Source: Chlamydiota bacterium (lineage in GTDB: Bacteria > Chlamydiota > Chlamydiia > Chlamydiales > JAAKFR01). From it: a stretch of DNA of 64,000 nucleotides. Position 1 is the first letter of the stretch. Every line of letters begins with the position of its first letter. The notes under the pieces are model-generated. The model worked only from the letters and a program-made list of their open reading frames with translations. It searched no databases and was not told the DNA's origin. Both the position numbers and the translations under genes were made by a program. The DNA lies in the NCBI GenBank assembly GCA_021772465.1, contig JAJFLX010000017.1, positions 134,531 through 198,530 on the forward strand, in the 5' to 3' direction. Of this stretch, positions 26,873 to 36,226 are shown one piece after another.

Positions 26873-27771
26873 TGTCAAAAAAAAACCATGATTTGGTAAT
26901 GCGTGTGTTAATTAACGGGCTTAGCGCGTTGCTCATAGGTTTTTTCATCTTCATCGCAGAGTACACTCCCTTGCGATGGGTCTTCACTGCCGCGGTGGCA
27001 GCGATAGCAGCTACAGCTATTTGGGAGTATGCGAGCCTTCTCAAGAAAAAGGAGCTTGAGCCCGCTACCGGCTTGAGCATGCTTTTTGCTGTGCTCTATG
27101 TTTTTGCGACTTTTCTCAAAACGCAAGGGCCCTACGGTTTTTGGCCCTCCCTCTGGCCTCATATGCCAGAGATTGTGCTAGGGCTCGCTTTTTTTAGTTG
27201 CTTTGCCTATTTCACTTTCCGGGGGCGTTCGCCCATTCAAAATATCGCTACAACTTTTTTGGGGATTGTCTACATCGGGGTGCCGCTCGCACTTTTTGTT
27301 CGCGTGATGTACTTTTTCACCTTTGGAGGGGAGGCAGATCCTGCTCTGCAAGGGAGTTGGTGGATCATCTACTTGATCGCGGTGACAAAAAGCGCTGATA
27401 TCGGAGGTTATTTTGTCGGGCGGATGATGGGAAAGCGGAAATTAGCTCATCGAATTAGCCCAAACAAAACCTTAGAGGGGGCACTTGGAGGGCTTGTCGT
27501 TTCAGTTCTCATGAGCCTCTTTCTTTGCTTCCTTGGAAAGGGGATCGGAGGGGTCTTTGAGGGGTTCACCTTCATTCAGTCTCTTTGGCTTGGAGCTTTT
27601 ATCGCTGTTTGGGGACAGATTGGCGATTTAGCTGAGTCTCTACTCAAACGCGATGCAGGGGTTAAAGATAGCAATTCGATCCCAGGGGTTGGGGGAATCC
27701 TCGATATGGTCGACTCTCTACTTTTTACAGCTCCAATTGTGTACATTTTTCTTCGTATCATCTATACTTAA
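26872..27771 (+). CDS. cdsA: Phosphatidate cytidylyltransferase
   Basis: SLLKRDAGVKDSNSIPGVGGILDMVDSLLF signature. ATG overlaps the uppS stop (TAATG). Confidence 0.9.
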   Translation: MSKKNHDLVMRVLINGLSALLIGFFIFIAEYTPLRWVFTAAVAAIAATAIWEYASLLKKKELEPATGLSMLFAVLYVFATFLKTQGPYGFWPSLWPHMPEIVLGLAFFSCFAYFTFRGRSPIQNIATTFLGIVYIGVPLALFVRVMYFFTFGGEADPALQGSWWIIYLIAVTKSADIGGYFVGRMMGKRKLAHRISPNKTLEGALGGLVVSVLMSLFLCFLGKGIGGVFEGFTFIQSLWLGAFIAVWGQIGDLAESLLKRDAGVKDSNSIPGVGGILDMVDSLLFTAPIVYIFLRIIYT

Positions 27772-27776
27772 GTGTC

Positions 27777-28418
27777 ATGATAATCACGATTGACGGCCCG
27801 GCAGGTACAGGTAAGACAACTGCAGCCCAAATGCTTGCAAAGCGGTTGGGCTTTGCCTATTTTGACACAGGCGCAATGTATCGTGCTCTTACACACCTTA
27901 TTTTAAAGGAAAAAGTCGATTTTCAAAATAAGCAAAAGCTTTCAGAACTATTGAACCGATTCGATTTTGATGTAAAAGGAGACCGCTACTTTGCCGGAAA
28001 AGAAGATGTCACCGAGGTGATCCGCTCTTTTGAGGTGACAAGCACTGTTTCAAAGATTGCAGCCGATCCGAGCGTTCGTAAAGCCCTACTTGGACTCCAA
28101 CAACGCTTCGGGCAGGTAAAAGATGTGGTTTTTGAAGGGAGGGACATGGGTAGTGTCGTTTTTCCCGAGGCCGAGGTGAAAATTTTTCTGACAGCTCGCC
28201 CCGCTGTGAGAGCAGAGAGGCGTTATCTAGAGCTTAAGGAGAAACGAACGGGCCTTTCAGAAGCTGAGGTGTTAAAAGAGCTTTTAGAGCGCGATCACCT
28301 CGATTCGACCCGAGAAATTTCTCCCTTGAAGCAAGCAGAAGATGCTCACCTTATCGATACCTCTGATCTCAATCTCGAACAAGTCGTCGACCGCATGGTT
28401 GCGCTCATCTCAAAATGA
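27777..28418 (+). CDS. cmk: Cytidylate kinase
   Basis: ITIDGPAGTGKTT P-loop and FDTGAMYRA. Confidence 0.9.
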   Translation: MIITIDGPAGTGKTTAAQMLAKRLGFAYFDTGAMYRALTHLILKEKVDFQNKQKLSELLNRFDFDVKGDRYFAGKEDVTEVIRSFEVTSTVSKIAADPSVRKALLGLQQRFGQVKDVVFEGRDMGSVVFPEAEVKIFLTARPAVRAERRYLELKEKRTGLSEAEVLKELLERDHLDSTREISPLKQAEDAHLIDTSDLNLEQVVDRMVALISK

Positions 28419-29050
28419 TACACTGGTTTTGCTACACGTTCGTCAAAGTGCTCACGCGGATCATTTACCGCCACCGGGTTTATGGAATAGAGTATTTTCC
28501 CCCCAATGGTGCGATTATCGCTTCGAATCACGCCTCTTATCTCGACCCAATGCTTGTCGGGGTCTCTTGTCCGAGAAAAATTCACTTTCTGGCACGTGAC
28601 TCTCTTTTCCGCTTCCCTCCCTTTGGTTGGTTGATTCGAGAGCTCTGCACACATCCCGTTCATCAGGGGAAAGGGAATCTTCACGCCTTTAAGATTGCTA
28701 TGGAGTTGATTGAGTCGAGTAAAAAAGTGGTGATTTTTCCCGAGGGGAGCCGCTCGCCTGATGGGAAGCTTCATAAGGGGCAACTTGGGGTGGGGATGCT
28801 CGTTCAGCGAACGCAATGCAAAGTGATACCTATTTACACGCACGGAACGTATGAGATCTGGAGGGCCCATAAATTTTTACCCAAGCCTTGGGGGAAGACG
28901 GCCTGTGTTTTTGGCCGCCCTTTAAGTTTTGAACACATCGATTTTTCCGATAAAAAGGGGGCTCAGGTAATAATTGTCAAAGAGGTCATGGACAAGATTG
29001 CAGAGCTCAAGCAGTGGTATCTCGAGGGCGCTAAGGGGTCACCCCCTTAG
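28415..29050 (+). CDS. plsC: 1-acyl-sn-glycerol-3-phosphate acyltransferase
   Basis: H-x4-D block IIASNHASYLDP and IFPEGSRS. ATGA overlap with cmk. Confidence 0.85.
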   Translation: MIHWFCYTFVKVLTRIIYRHRVYGIEYFPPNGAIIASNHASYLDPMLVGVSCPRKIHFLARDSLFRFPPFGWLIRELCTHPVHQGKGNLHAFKIAMELIESSKKVVIFPEGSRSPDGKLHKGQLGVGMLVQRTQCKVIPIYTHGTYEIWRAHKFLPKPWGKTACVFGRPLSFEHIDFSDKKGAQVIIVKEVMDKIAELKQWYLEGAKGSPP

Positions 29051-29373
29051 ACCCTGATTTGCTACCTACACCTTGCCCAATGTTGAGGGGGGGCTCCCGC
29101 TCTATTTACCCAGTGAACGGATACCAAAATTCCTCTGTAAAAACTGGTAAGGAGTAGAAAATTATCGTCAAAACATCAAACCATTAAGCATAACTGTTTG
29201 ACTTTTCGGGAGATGCTTGGCAATCTTTCAACTTATTATTTTTTTAGAACTGACGATGACAACGACCAAAATTGCACCTGCCAAAAAGGCAAAAACTACT
29301 GTTTTTATCAGCTGCGCCGTAAAACTCGGTCCTTCAAATCAGTAGCTCTTTTTCGACTTATTTAACAAGACCG

Positions 29374-30573
29374 TCAATACCGTATCAATTCTACTCCTTG
29401 GAAGTAGATCAAAAAGAAACTGACCAGGATCAAGAGAGCGATCATAGGCTTCCCCCCAATAAGAATCGGTTTCATCCCCTCTTTGAGGATATAACGTCCT
29501 CTAGTCACTAACCAGATCGGGAGAATTCCGGCAAAAACGAGCTGCGCCCACCCGACAAGATTGCCAACAGCCTCTTCAAAGATTCCCTGAAAGAGATAGA
29601 GAATGATCAAAGGAGGAGTGTAGGTGAGAGCAACTAAAAAGAGCCGTTTCTTTTTAATGCGTTTCTCTACAGGGATGCCCAGCCCATCGGAAAAAAAATC
29701 TACCATCGCAAGACCTGTCCCTAAAAAACAGGTGGTGATCGCGAAAAAGGCAAGGAAATTGAAAAAAATATGGAAGCTGGGAGCTTCAGTGAGAATTCTA
29801 TACCCCTCATAAAAAGGTTTTCCTTGCACATTGGCCTGCCAAAGAGCTCCTTCTGAAAGAGCCCCCACTGAGACCCATAGCCATATTATATAGAGCGTTA
29901 AAGGGAAGAGAAGAGCGATAAAAATCATCCAGACAAGCCGTTTTCTCTCTCGGTGAAGGTAGGTGGCCATGGAGGGGATAAGCGATTGATAGCCAAGAGC
30001 TGTTACGAAATAGGGAACCGCAGAGAAAAGGGCTATCCAACGCCCGCTGACTAGATTCAAAATCTTAACTTCGCTCGCTCCAAGCACTACAGTTCCTAAG
30101 AAAGCCAGAATCAGCGCACTAAAAAGGACAAAGTTGAACCGATCGGTCACATAGGCTCCCAAATAGACAGAGCCACCGAAGATTAGAATCGAGGTAAGAA
30201 TCCAAAAAAGTGCAGGGATTTGGAAAAAAAAATTCTCCATGATCACCCCTAGGAAACTGTAGAGTACACTGAGAAAGAAGTAGTTCAGCAGCAAGAAACA
30301 AACAATGCCAAGCCACATTCCAGTGCTTCCAATAAGCCGTCTACAGATCGTGATGACATTCGAACCGTCCGGGCAGATGAGGGTAGCTTCGAGATAGAGG
30401 AGTCCGGTAGCCCAGAGGTAGAGCCAAACGGCGATTAAAACAAGTGCCCCTGGCCAAAAACCCGTTGCCCCAGCCTTCACAGGTAGGGCGTAAAAACCAG
30501 TGCCAACAGAGGCTCCTGCAATGAGAACAGCAGCCGATAGGGTGCTTCCCTCTCGCTTCATATACTGAAACAT
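29374..30573 (-). CDS. tyrP: Aromatic amino acid (Tyr/Trp) permease, HAAAP family
   Basis: N-terminus GSTLSAAVLIAGASVGTGFYALP, about 11 TM segments, about 400 aa. ATG at 30573 is preceded by AGAGGA. The ORF opens at TTG 30597. Confidence 0.7.
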   Translation of the reverse strand: MFQYMKREGSTLSAAVLIAGASVGTGFYALPVKAGATGFWPGALVLIAVWLYLWATGLLYLEATLICPDGSNVITICRRLIGSTGMWLGIVCFLLLNYFFLSVLYSFLGVIMENFFFQIPALFWILTSILIFGGSVYLGAYVTDRFNFVLFSALILAFLGTVVLGASEVKILNLVSGRWIALFSAVPYFVTALGYQSLIPSMATYLHRERKRLVWMIFIALLFPLTLYIIWLWVSVGALSEGALWQANVQGKPFYEGYRILTEAPSFHIFFNFLAFFAITTCFLGTGLAMVDFFSDGLGIPVEKRIKKKRLFLVALTYTPPLIILYLFQGIFEEAVGNLVGWAQLVFAGILPIWLVTRGRYILKEGMKPILIGGKPMIALLILVSFFLIYFQGVELIRY

Positions 30574-30726
30574 ACTAGGAGTCCTCTTTTGCGCCAACCA
30601 GGGCTTTACAAAAAATTTAAAATACTCAGGTTCAAAAATTTAGGACCGTATCAACTCCCTGGAGGGGGAGGTTGCCCATTTTAATAAACAAAGCCAGTAA
30701 TTAAATTAATAGTTATTAACTACTAG

Positions 30727-30755
30727 TTGATAAAAAAAATACTATATGCTATAAT
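30727..30755 (+). promoter_or_regulatory. Near-consensus sigma-70-type promoter
   Basis: TTGATA (30727-30732), 17-nt spacer, TATAAT (30750-30755). It lies 27 nt upstream of the GTG at 30783, which has an AGGAG RBS. Confidence 0.6.
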
Positions 30756-30782
30756 TATTTGAAATTATTTAGGAGTTTTGTT

Positions 30783-31298
30783 GTGTCTAGCATAAACGGT
30801 GTCAAGCAGTCTGAGCTACTCAAGTACTATCAGATGACCCCAGATGAGCGGGTAGCAGCGCGTGGGGTCTTAAAAAAGGACCCCAATAGCGTCCACTACG
30901 ACGAAAGTCTTAAAACCTTTGAGAAGATCGACAAGGCCATGATCGCAAGAGGCCTTGTCCAAGACTCCCAAAAAAAAATGAGCAATAATTTTAATAATAA
31001 CCAAGAGAGGAAAGATATGAGTTTTACTCCACTAAATGCTGAAAGACCAAGAAATTATGGAACATTTCAACAGCCATCACGTGAGGGACAAGCAAGAGAT
31101 GTCTCTGAAATGAGCTATGGTGTCCGCGTTGCTTTGTCAGCTGTAAAAGAAGGGGCAAAAAATGTAGCTAGTAGACTCGCAGTTCGCGGTGAGAGCTCCG
31201 TGAAAGCCAACAAGCGAGCCAATGAGATTGCGAGCGGAGTTAAGCCTACTGCAACTAGTAGGCTTCAAGCCATCCGCAATAGCGTTATGGGCAAATAA
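30783..31298 (+). CDS. Hypothetical protein, no recognisable domain, hydrophilic and probably disordered
   Basis: ORF 30759..31298. GTG 30783 lies 7 nt after AGGAG. Flanked by a consensus promoter and a clean terminator. Confidence 0.55.
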   Translation: MSSINGVKQSELLKYYQMTPDERVAARGVLKKDPNSVHYDESLKTFEKIDKAMIARGLVQDSQKKMSNNFNNNQERKDMSFTPLNAERPRNYGTFQQPSREGQARDVSEMSYGVRVALSAVKEGAKNVASRLAVRGESSVKANKRANEIASGVKPTATSRLQAIRNSVMGK

Positions 31299-31311
31299 TA
31301 TTCTAGAAGTG

Positions 31312-31344
31312 GGGCGCACCGTAAACGAGTGCGCCCATTTTTTA
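31312..31344 (+). terminator. Rho-independent terminator
   Basis: GGGCGCAC (31312-31319), loop cgtaaacga, GTGCGCCC (31329-31336), then ATTTTTTA. Confidence 0.8.
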
Positions 31345-31368
31345 TTATAAATCATTTGAGGAAATTAG

Positions 31369-31575
31369 ATGAAAATCAATGATGTCATGCACACCACTGC
31401 AAGCAGTACGCAAAAAATGGGAAGACAACTTCATAGGAAAGCCAAAAGCCTTGCCCAGCGAGTTCAAAAAGTGGCGCTGCTTCGTTCTGGATACGGAGAA
31501 ATCAAAGCAGGGTCTCAAAAAGTTGGTCACATAAAGCCTGTCTATAGTTTCGAGCCGAAGCCGAGCAGCACTTGA
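31369..31575 (+). CDS. Small basic hypothetical protein (68 aa)
   Basis: ATG preceded by GAGGA at about 8 nt. No homology recognisable by eye. Sits between the terminator and trxA. Confidence 0.3.
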   Translation: MKINDVMHTTASSTQKMGRQLHRKAKSLAQRVQKVALLRSGYGEIKAGSQKVGHIKPVYSFEPKPSST

Positions 31576-31624
31576 TCCTTTTCAAGTCACAGGGTATGAT
31601 GAGATCCCAAACAAGGAGTAGTAA

Positions 31625-31951
31625 ATGGCCGGTTCCGATCTAATCAAAATCCTCACAGATGCTACGTTTGATGAGGGAGTCGCAGGGGGAGTTGTACTCG
31701 TCGATTTTTATGCCGACTGGTGTGGTCCTTGTCGCATGTTAACCCCTGTTTTAGAAGAGCTTGCTCAGGAAATGGTGGGGAAGGTAACTGTTGTAAAAGT
31801 CGACACGGATCAATCGGCTCAAGTTGCTGGGAAGTATGAGGTGACCTCAATCCCAACACTCATTCTTTTCAAGGATGGCGAGATGAAGAAACGAGTGGTC
31901 GGTCTTAAAGATCTCGACGCGCTCAAGCAGCTGATCAACGAAGTCCTTTAA
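31625..31951 (+). CDS. trxA: Thioredoxin
   Basis: DFYADWCGPCRML active site, 108 aa. Confidence 0.93.
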   Translation: MAGSDLIKILTDATFDEGVAGGVVLVDFYADWCGPCRMLTPVLEELAQEMVGKVTVVKVDTDQSAQVAGKYEVTSIPTLILFKDGEMKKRVVGLKDLDALKQLINEVL

Positions 31952-32408
31952 ACCCCGTCTGTCGGAGCGCCTCGTAGAGCACGAGAGCTACAGCATTCGA
32001 TAAATTCAAGCTTCTCGATCCCTCTACCATGGGGATCGAGAAGATTTTTTTTGGCCAGGTTTTGTGGATATAAGAAGGGAGCCCTTGGCTCTCAGCTCCA
32101 AAAACCAGCCGATCCTCTTCGGTGAAATCGATGGATGTATAGAGTCTCTCTCCTTTAGTCGAAAAAAAGTAGGTGGGGCGATCCTCCATTACAAAGGAGT
32201 CATAGACTTTAGGTGCGAGCTCCTCCCAGTAGTCGAGCCCTGCCCGTTTGAGTTGGCGGTCGCTGAGGCTAAAACCAAGGGGTCTAATGAGCGTAAGCTC
32301 CGAGCCCGTCACCACACAAGTGCGGGCGATATTGCCCGTGTTCTGAGGAATTTCTGGATTGAAGAGTACAATTTCCACACTATTTTTGCGCAAGTGCCTC
32401 AGTGGCAT
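31935..32408 (-). CDS. trmL: tRNA (cytidine/uridine-2'-O)-methyltransferase, SpoU/TrmL family
   Basis: IVLFNPEIPQNTGNIARTC and LNLSNAVALVLYEALRQ. ATG is at 32408. GTG 32378 (VEIVLFNPEIP) matches the E. coli TrmL N-terminus even better. Confidence 0.8.
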   Translation of the reverse strand: MPLRHLRKNSVEIVLFNPEIPQNTGNIARTCVVTGSELTLIRPLGFSLSDRQLKRAGLDYWEELAPKVYDSFVMEDRPTYFFSTKGERLYTSIDFTEEDRLVFGAESQGLPSYIHKTWPKKIFSIPMVEGSRSLNLSNAVALVLYEALRQTGFKGLR

Positions 32409-33033
32409 CAGCCTTGACAACTTCAACCTCGAAGATGAGCAATGAATTGGGAGGAAGCTCTCCCTCCGTGCCATAGGCAAGCTCAGGGTGAATATAAAGC
32501 ACTCGCCTCTCTCCCTCCTTCATCCCCACGACGCCTTTGGAGACGCCTGGAATACTTTGAGTGATAGGGAGAGCAATCGGCTGGTCTGAGGCGGCAAAGG
32601 GTGTCCCATCAAGTAGCGTTCCTTTGTAGTGAATGAGGGGAATAGATTCCTCTTTCACCTCAATGCCACTCCCTTCTTTTGCAACTCGATATTGCAACTT
32701 AGAGTCGATATTTTGAACGCCAGGCTTTTCACGGTTGCTATCTAGAAATGCAGTCGCCTTTTCGAGATTCTCTTCCGCCATGCGCGAGAGCTCGCGCTCT
32801 TGAAGGGTGAAAACAATTTGCTCATACTCCTCACGACCCATAGGAGAGGGCTTGCCCTTTTGCTCTTCGCGAATACCTTGGACTACTTTGTCGATGTTGC
32901 ACTCAAAACCTGACTCTTGGATGTGTTTTACAAGTAGATGGCCGAGGGCCACAGAGAGGCGGTCGTAATCGACAGGCTCTTCAGCTATGAGTCCAAAGCT
33001 AAGAAGGGTACATAAAGCGATGTTTTTGATCAT
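32380..33033 (-). CDS. mip: FKBP-type peptidyl-prolyl cis-trans isomerase, Mip-like
   Basis: N-terminal signal MIKNIALCTLLSFGL. FKBP domain YKGTLLDGTPFAAS ... RRVLYIHPELAYG. ATGA overlap with aspS. Confidence 0.85.
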   Translation of the reverse strand: MIKNIALCTLLSFGLIAEEPVDYDRLSVALGHLLVKHIQESGFECNIDKVVQGIREEQKGKPSPMGREEYEQIVFTLQERELSRMAEENLEKATAFLDSNREKPGVQNIDSKLQYRVAKEGSGIEVKEESIPLIHYKGTLLDGTPFAASDQPIALPITQSIPGVSKGVVGMKEGERRVLYIHPELAYGTEGELPPNSLLIFEVEVVKADATEALAQK

Positions 33034-34808
33034 TCTGGTAACTCCACATGAATTTTGAGTTCAGTTAATTGTTCTTGCATCACAGCAGAAGGGGCTTCGG
33101 TCATCAAATCAGTGGCTCTTTGAGTTTTAGGAAAGGCGATTACCTCTCTGAGGCTTTTAGCCCCCGTCAAGATCATGATCAAGCGGTCGAGCCCAAGAGC
33201 TATGCCGAGGTGAGGAGGCGTCCCGTAGCGTAGCGCCTCTGTAAAAAACCCAAAGCGCTCCTCGATTGTTGCTTTCGAGAGTTTGAGTAAGCCAAAAATC
33301 TTCTCTTGGAGATCGCTGTCGTGAATCCTTTGAGACCCCGAGCCGAGCTCATATCCATTGAGTACAAGGTCGTAGCTCGAAGATCTCACTTGCAGTGGGT
33401 CGCTATCGAGTAGGGCGAGGTCCTCGGCATGTGGGGAAGTGAACGGGTGGTGCTCGCAGGCGAAATTGTCACTTTCAGCGTCCCATGTGAACAACGGGAA
33501 ATCAGTGATCCACGCAAGAGCAAATGAGTCCTCCTCTATGAGCTCCATCTCGTGGGCAATATGACGTCTGAGGTGGTCTAGGGCACTATTGGTCGTAGTT
33601 GCATCAGAGGCGACGAAGAGCAGAAGATCCCCAGCCTCTCCGTTCATGGTGTGGACGATCTCGCTTAAAAGGTCGGGGTCAAAAAATTTGACGATGCTAG
33701 AGGTGGGCCCCTCGGGTTGGATTTTGATCCAAGCTAGTCCTTTTGCACCCTGTTTGCCTACAAAAGAGGTATACTCTTCGATCTTTTTTCGCGAAGCAGA
33801 CGCGCCCCCTTTCACACAGAGCCCTTTGATCACTCCTCCAAGTGCGAGTTGCTCTTTGAAGACCGAAAATTCTGAGCGAGCAGCGAGGGCGTCAATTCGT
33901 ACGAGAGGCATCTCAAAGCGAAGGTCGGGTTTGTCGGTGCCATAAGCTTCAATCGCTTCGGCATACGTGAGGTGTCTGAATGGAGTTTGCAGCCCCCTGT
34001 CGAGGCATTTTTGAAAAATAGCATCCATCATCTGTTCAATGATGGGAAAAAGAGTTTCGGGGCGGCCAAAACTCATCTCAATGTCGATCTGGGAAAATTC
34101 AGGCTGCCTGTCGGCGCGTAAATCTTCGTCACGAAAGCAGGTTGCAATTTGAAAATAACGGTCCATCCCCGAGATCATCAAAATCTGCTTGAAGAGCTGA
34201 GGAGATTGAGGGAGAGCAAAAAAGTTTCCAGGATAGACCCGAGAGGGGACTAGATAATCTCGAGCACCCTCGGGAGTCGATTTTCCAAGAACAGGTGTCG
34301 TGATCTCTAAAAAGTTTTGCTGATCGAGAAAGTTACGGGCCGCTAGCATGGCCTGATGGCGCACCTCGAGGGCTCTACTTACTTTTCCACGGCGAATATC
34401 GAGGTAGCGGTATTTCAACCGGAGTTCCTCTCCCACATTGAGCGACTCGTCACAGATAGAGAAGGGGGGCGTTTTTGCCTCAGAGAGCAGTCTCATGTGG
34501 GTGACATTCACTTCAATCTCGCCCGTGCTTAATTTCGGATTGCTCATTCCAGGGCCCCTCGAGACAACTTCACCCTCCACTGCAATGACCCACTCGGAGC
34601 GAAGAGCTCCTGCTCTTTCATGCAGTGCGGCATCGGTTTCTGGGTGAAATACGATCTGAGTGACTCCAAAACGGTCGCGCAAGTCAATGAAAATCAGGCC
34701 TCCGTGGTCACGTCTTCTATGAACCCATCCGGCGAGAAGCACCCGCTTGCCGATGGCTTTTGCGGTGAGGGTTCCACAATCATGTGTTCGTTCGTATCGC
34801 ATCTGCAA
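33030..34808 (-). CDS. aspS: Aspartate--tRNA ligase
   Basis: FFALPQSPQLFKQ, CFRDEDLRADRQPEFSQID, GLDRLIMIL. Confidence 0.93.
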   Translation of the reverse strand: MQMRYERTHDCGTLTAKAIGKRVLLAGWVHRRRDHGGLIFIDLRDRFGVTQIVFHPETDAALHERAGALRSEWVIAVEGEVVSRGPGMSNPKLSTGEIEVNVTHMRLLSEAKTPPFSICDESLNVGEELRLKYRYLDIRRGKVSRALEVRHQAMLAARNFLDQQNFLEITTPVLGKSTPEGARDYLVPSRVYPGNFFALPQSPQLFKQILMISGMDRYFQIATCFRDEDLRADRQPEFSQIDIEMSFGRPETLFPIIEQMMDAIFQKCLDRGLQTPFRHLTYAEAIEAYGTDKPDLRFEMPLVRIDALAARSEFSVFKEQLALGGVIKGLCVKGGASASRKKIEEYTSFVGKQGAKGLAWIKIQPEGPTSSIVKFFDPDLLSEIVHTMNGEAGDLLLFVASDATTTNSALDHLRRHIAHEMELIEEDSFALAWITDFPLFTWDAESDNFACEHHPFTSPHAEDLALLDSDPLQVRSSSYDLVLNGYELGSGSQRIHDSDLQEKIFGLLKLSKATIEERFGFFTEALRYGTPPHLGIALGLDRLIMILTGAKSLREVIAFPKTQRATDLMTEAPSAVMQEQLTELKIHVELPE

Positions 34809-36057
34809 GCCTTTCTATTGATATAGTTTGGGTGGTGCCAGTAGCCATCTCTTTGAGTGAGAGCTGTCCACTCTCGAGTTCGTCTTCGCCGATGACTGCC
34901 ACAAATTTGGCACCTGTCGCATCAGCGTAACGCATCGCTGCTTTGAGGCGCTTTCCAGTCATATCGAGTTCGACATCAAGACCCTCCTGTCGCAGCTGAC
35001 AGGTAAGAGCAAAACATTTTTTTTCAGCTGGTTGGCCAAGGGGGATGAAAAAGAGTGTTGGCGCCGGCTTCGGGGGAAGTGGCGCATTTTGTGCGAGCAG
35101 CGTCTGCAAGATTCTCTCGAGGCCCGTTCCAAATCCGATCGCAGGGAGGTCAGGGCCGCCAAGTTCGTGGATAAGTCCATCGTAGCGCCCCCCTCCCCCT
35201 AGGCTGTTTTGAGCGCCGAGCTGCTTTGAGGTGACCTCAAAAACGGTGTTTGTATAGTAATCAAGTCCACGCACGAGGTAAGGAGCGCGCACGAAGGGGA
35301 TAGAGGCCTCTTCAAGAAGAGAGCAGATCTGCTCAAAGTTCTCTCTTTCTTTTTCACTCAAGGAGTCGAGGATAAGAGGCGCCTCGCGAAGAATCGTGCG
35401 ATCTTGCTCGGCTTTCGAGTCTAGGATACGAAATGGGTTGGTCTCATACCGCTCCTGGCTCTCTTGAGAGAGAGAAGAGATATGGGGTTTGAGAAAGGCT
35501 TTCAATCTCTCTTTGTAGCGGAGTCGACTCTCTTTGCTGCCAATCGAATTGAGTTGAAGCGTGAGATTTTTAAGTCCTAAACGCTCATAGAAGGTCCAAA
35601 GTAGGTGAATCACTTCGACGTCTTGAAGAGGGGAGCTCGAGCCGATTGCCTCCACTCCAAATTGGTGGTGTTGGCGGTAACGCCCCGCTTGTTGACGTTC
35701 GTAGCGAAACATCGGGTAGATGTAGAAAAATTTTTGAATCGGCGCTTGTTGCTCGAGGTGTTTTTCGATGAAAGCGCGCAAAACGGGCGCTGTACCCTCT
35801 GGTCTTAAAGTGATCGATCGACCCGCGCGATCCTCAAAGGTGTACATCTCTTTTTTGACAATATCTGAAGTGGTTCCAATACTGCGACGAAAGAGCTCTG
35901 TTGTTTCAAAAAGAGGGGTGCGGATCTCTCGAAAGCCGTATTGAGATGCGAGCTCATAGATGACCTTTTCAAGATAGTGCCAAAGGTGAGACTCTCGCCA
36001 AGCAAGTTCGTCTGTTGGCAGAAGATCAAAAACTCCTTTGGCTATACGGTAATTCAT
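34780..36057 (-). CDS. hisS: Histidine--tRNA ligase
   Basis: MFRYERQQAGRYRQHHQFGVE, GGGGRYDGL. Confidence 0.93.
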   Translation of the reverse strand: MNYRIAKGVFDLLPTDELAWRESHLWHYLEKVIYELASQYGFREIRTPLFETTELFRRSIGTTSDIVKKEMYTFEDRAGRSITLRPEGTAPVLRAFIEKHLEQQAPIQKFFYIYPMFRYERQQAGRYRQHHQFGVEAIGSSSPLQDVEVIHLLWTFYERLGLKNLTLQLNSIGSKESRLRYKERLKAFLKPHISSLSQESQERYETNPFRILDSKAEQDRTILREAPLILDSLSEKERENFEQICSLLEEASIPFVRAPYLVRGLDYYTNTVFEVTSKQLGAQNSLGGGGRYDGLIHELGGPDLPAIGFGTGLERILQTLLAQNAPLPPKPAPTLFFIPLGQPAEKKCFALTCQLRQEGLDVELDMTGKRLKAAMRYADATGAKFVAVIGEDELESGQLSLKEMATGTTQTISIERLADAIRTNT

Positions 36058-36169
36058 AACCGCTTAAGACTATAGAATTTTTCTGATATGGGCAAGCAGT
36101 TTTTTGAGGGGTAAATTTTTTAATCTAGGGAGAGATCAGAGAGCTCTTAGGGGGCGCTGAACTAAGCGA

Positions 36170-36198
36170 GTGACAAATTCAGGAATTTCTGCTATTAT
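36170..36198 (+). promoter_or_regulatory. Candidate sigma-70-type promoter for uhpC
   Basis: GTGACA (36170-36175), 17 nt, TATTAT (36193-36198). It lies 28 nt upstream of the GTG start at 36227. Confidence 0.35.
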
Positions 36199-36226
36199 AG
36201 GGGTTACCATTGCCTGGGAGTGACGT

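Noticed and set aside
29256-29345. 29-codon ORF (MTTTKIAPAKKAKTT...) in the plsC-tyrP spacer.
   Set aside because: No convincing RBS or promoter, and too short to evaluate. Mentioned only inside the spacer finding.
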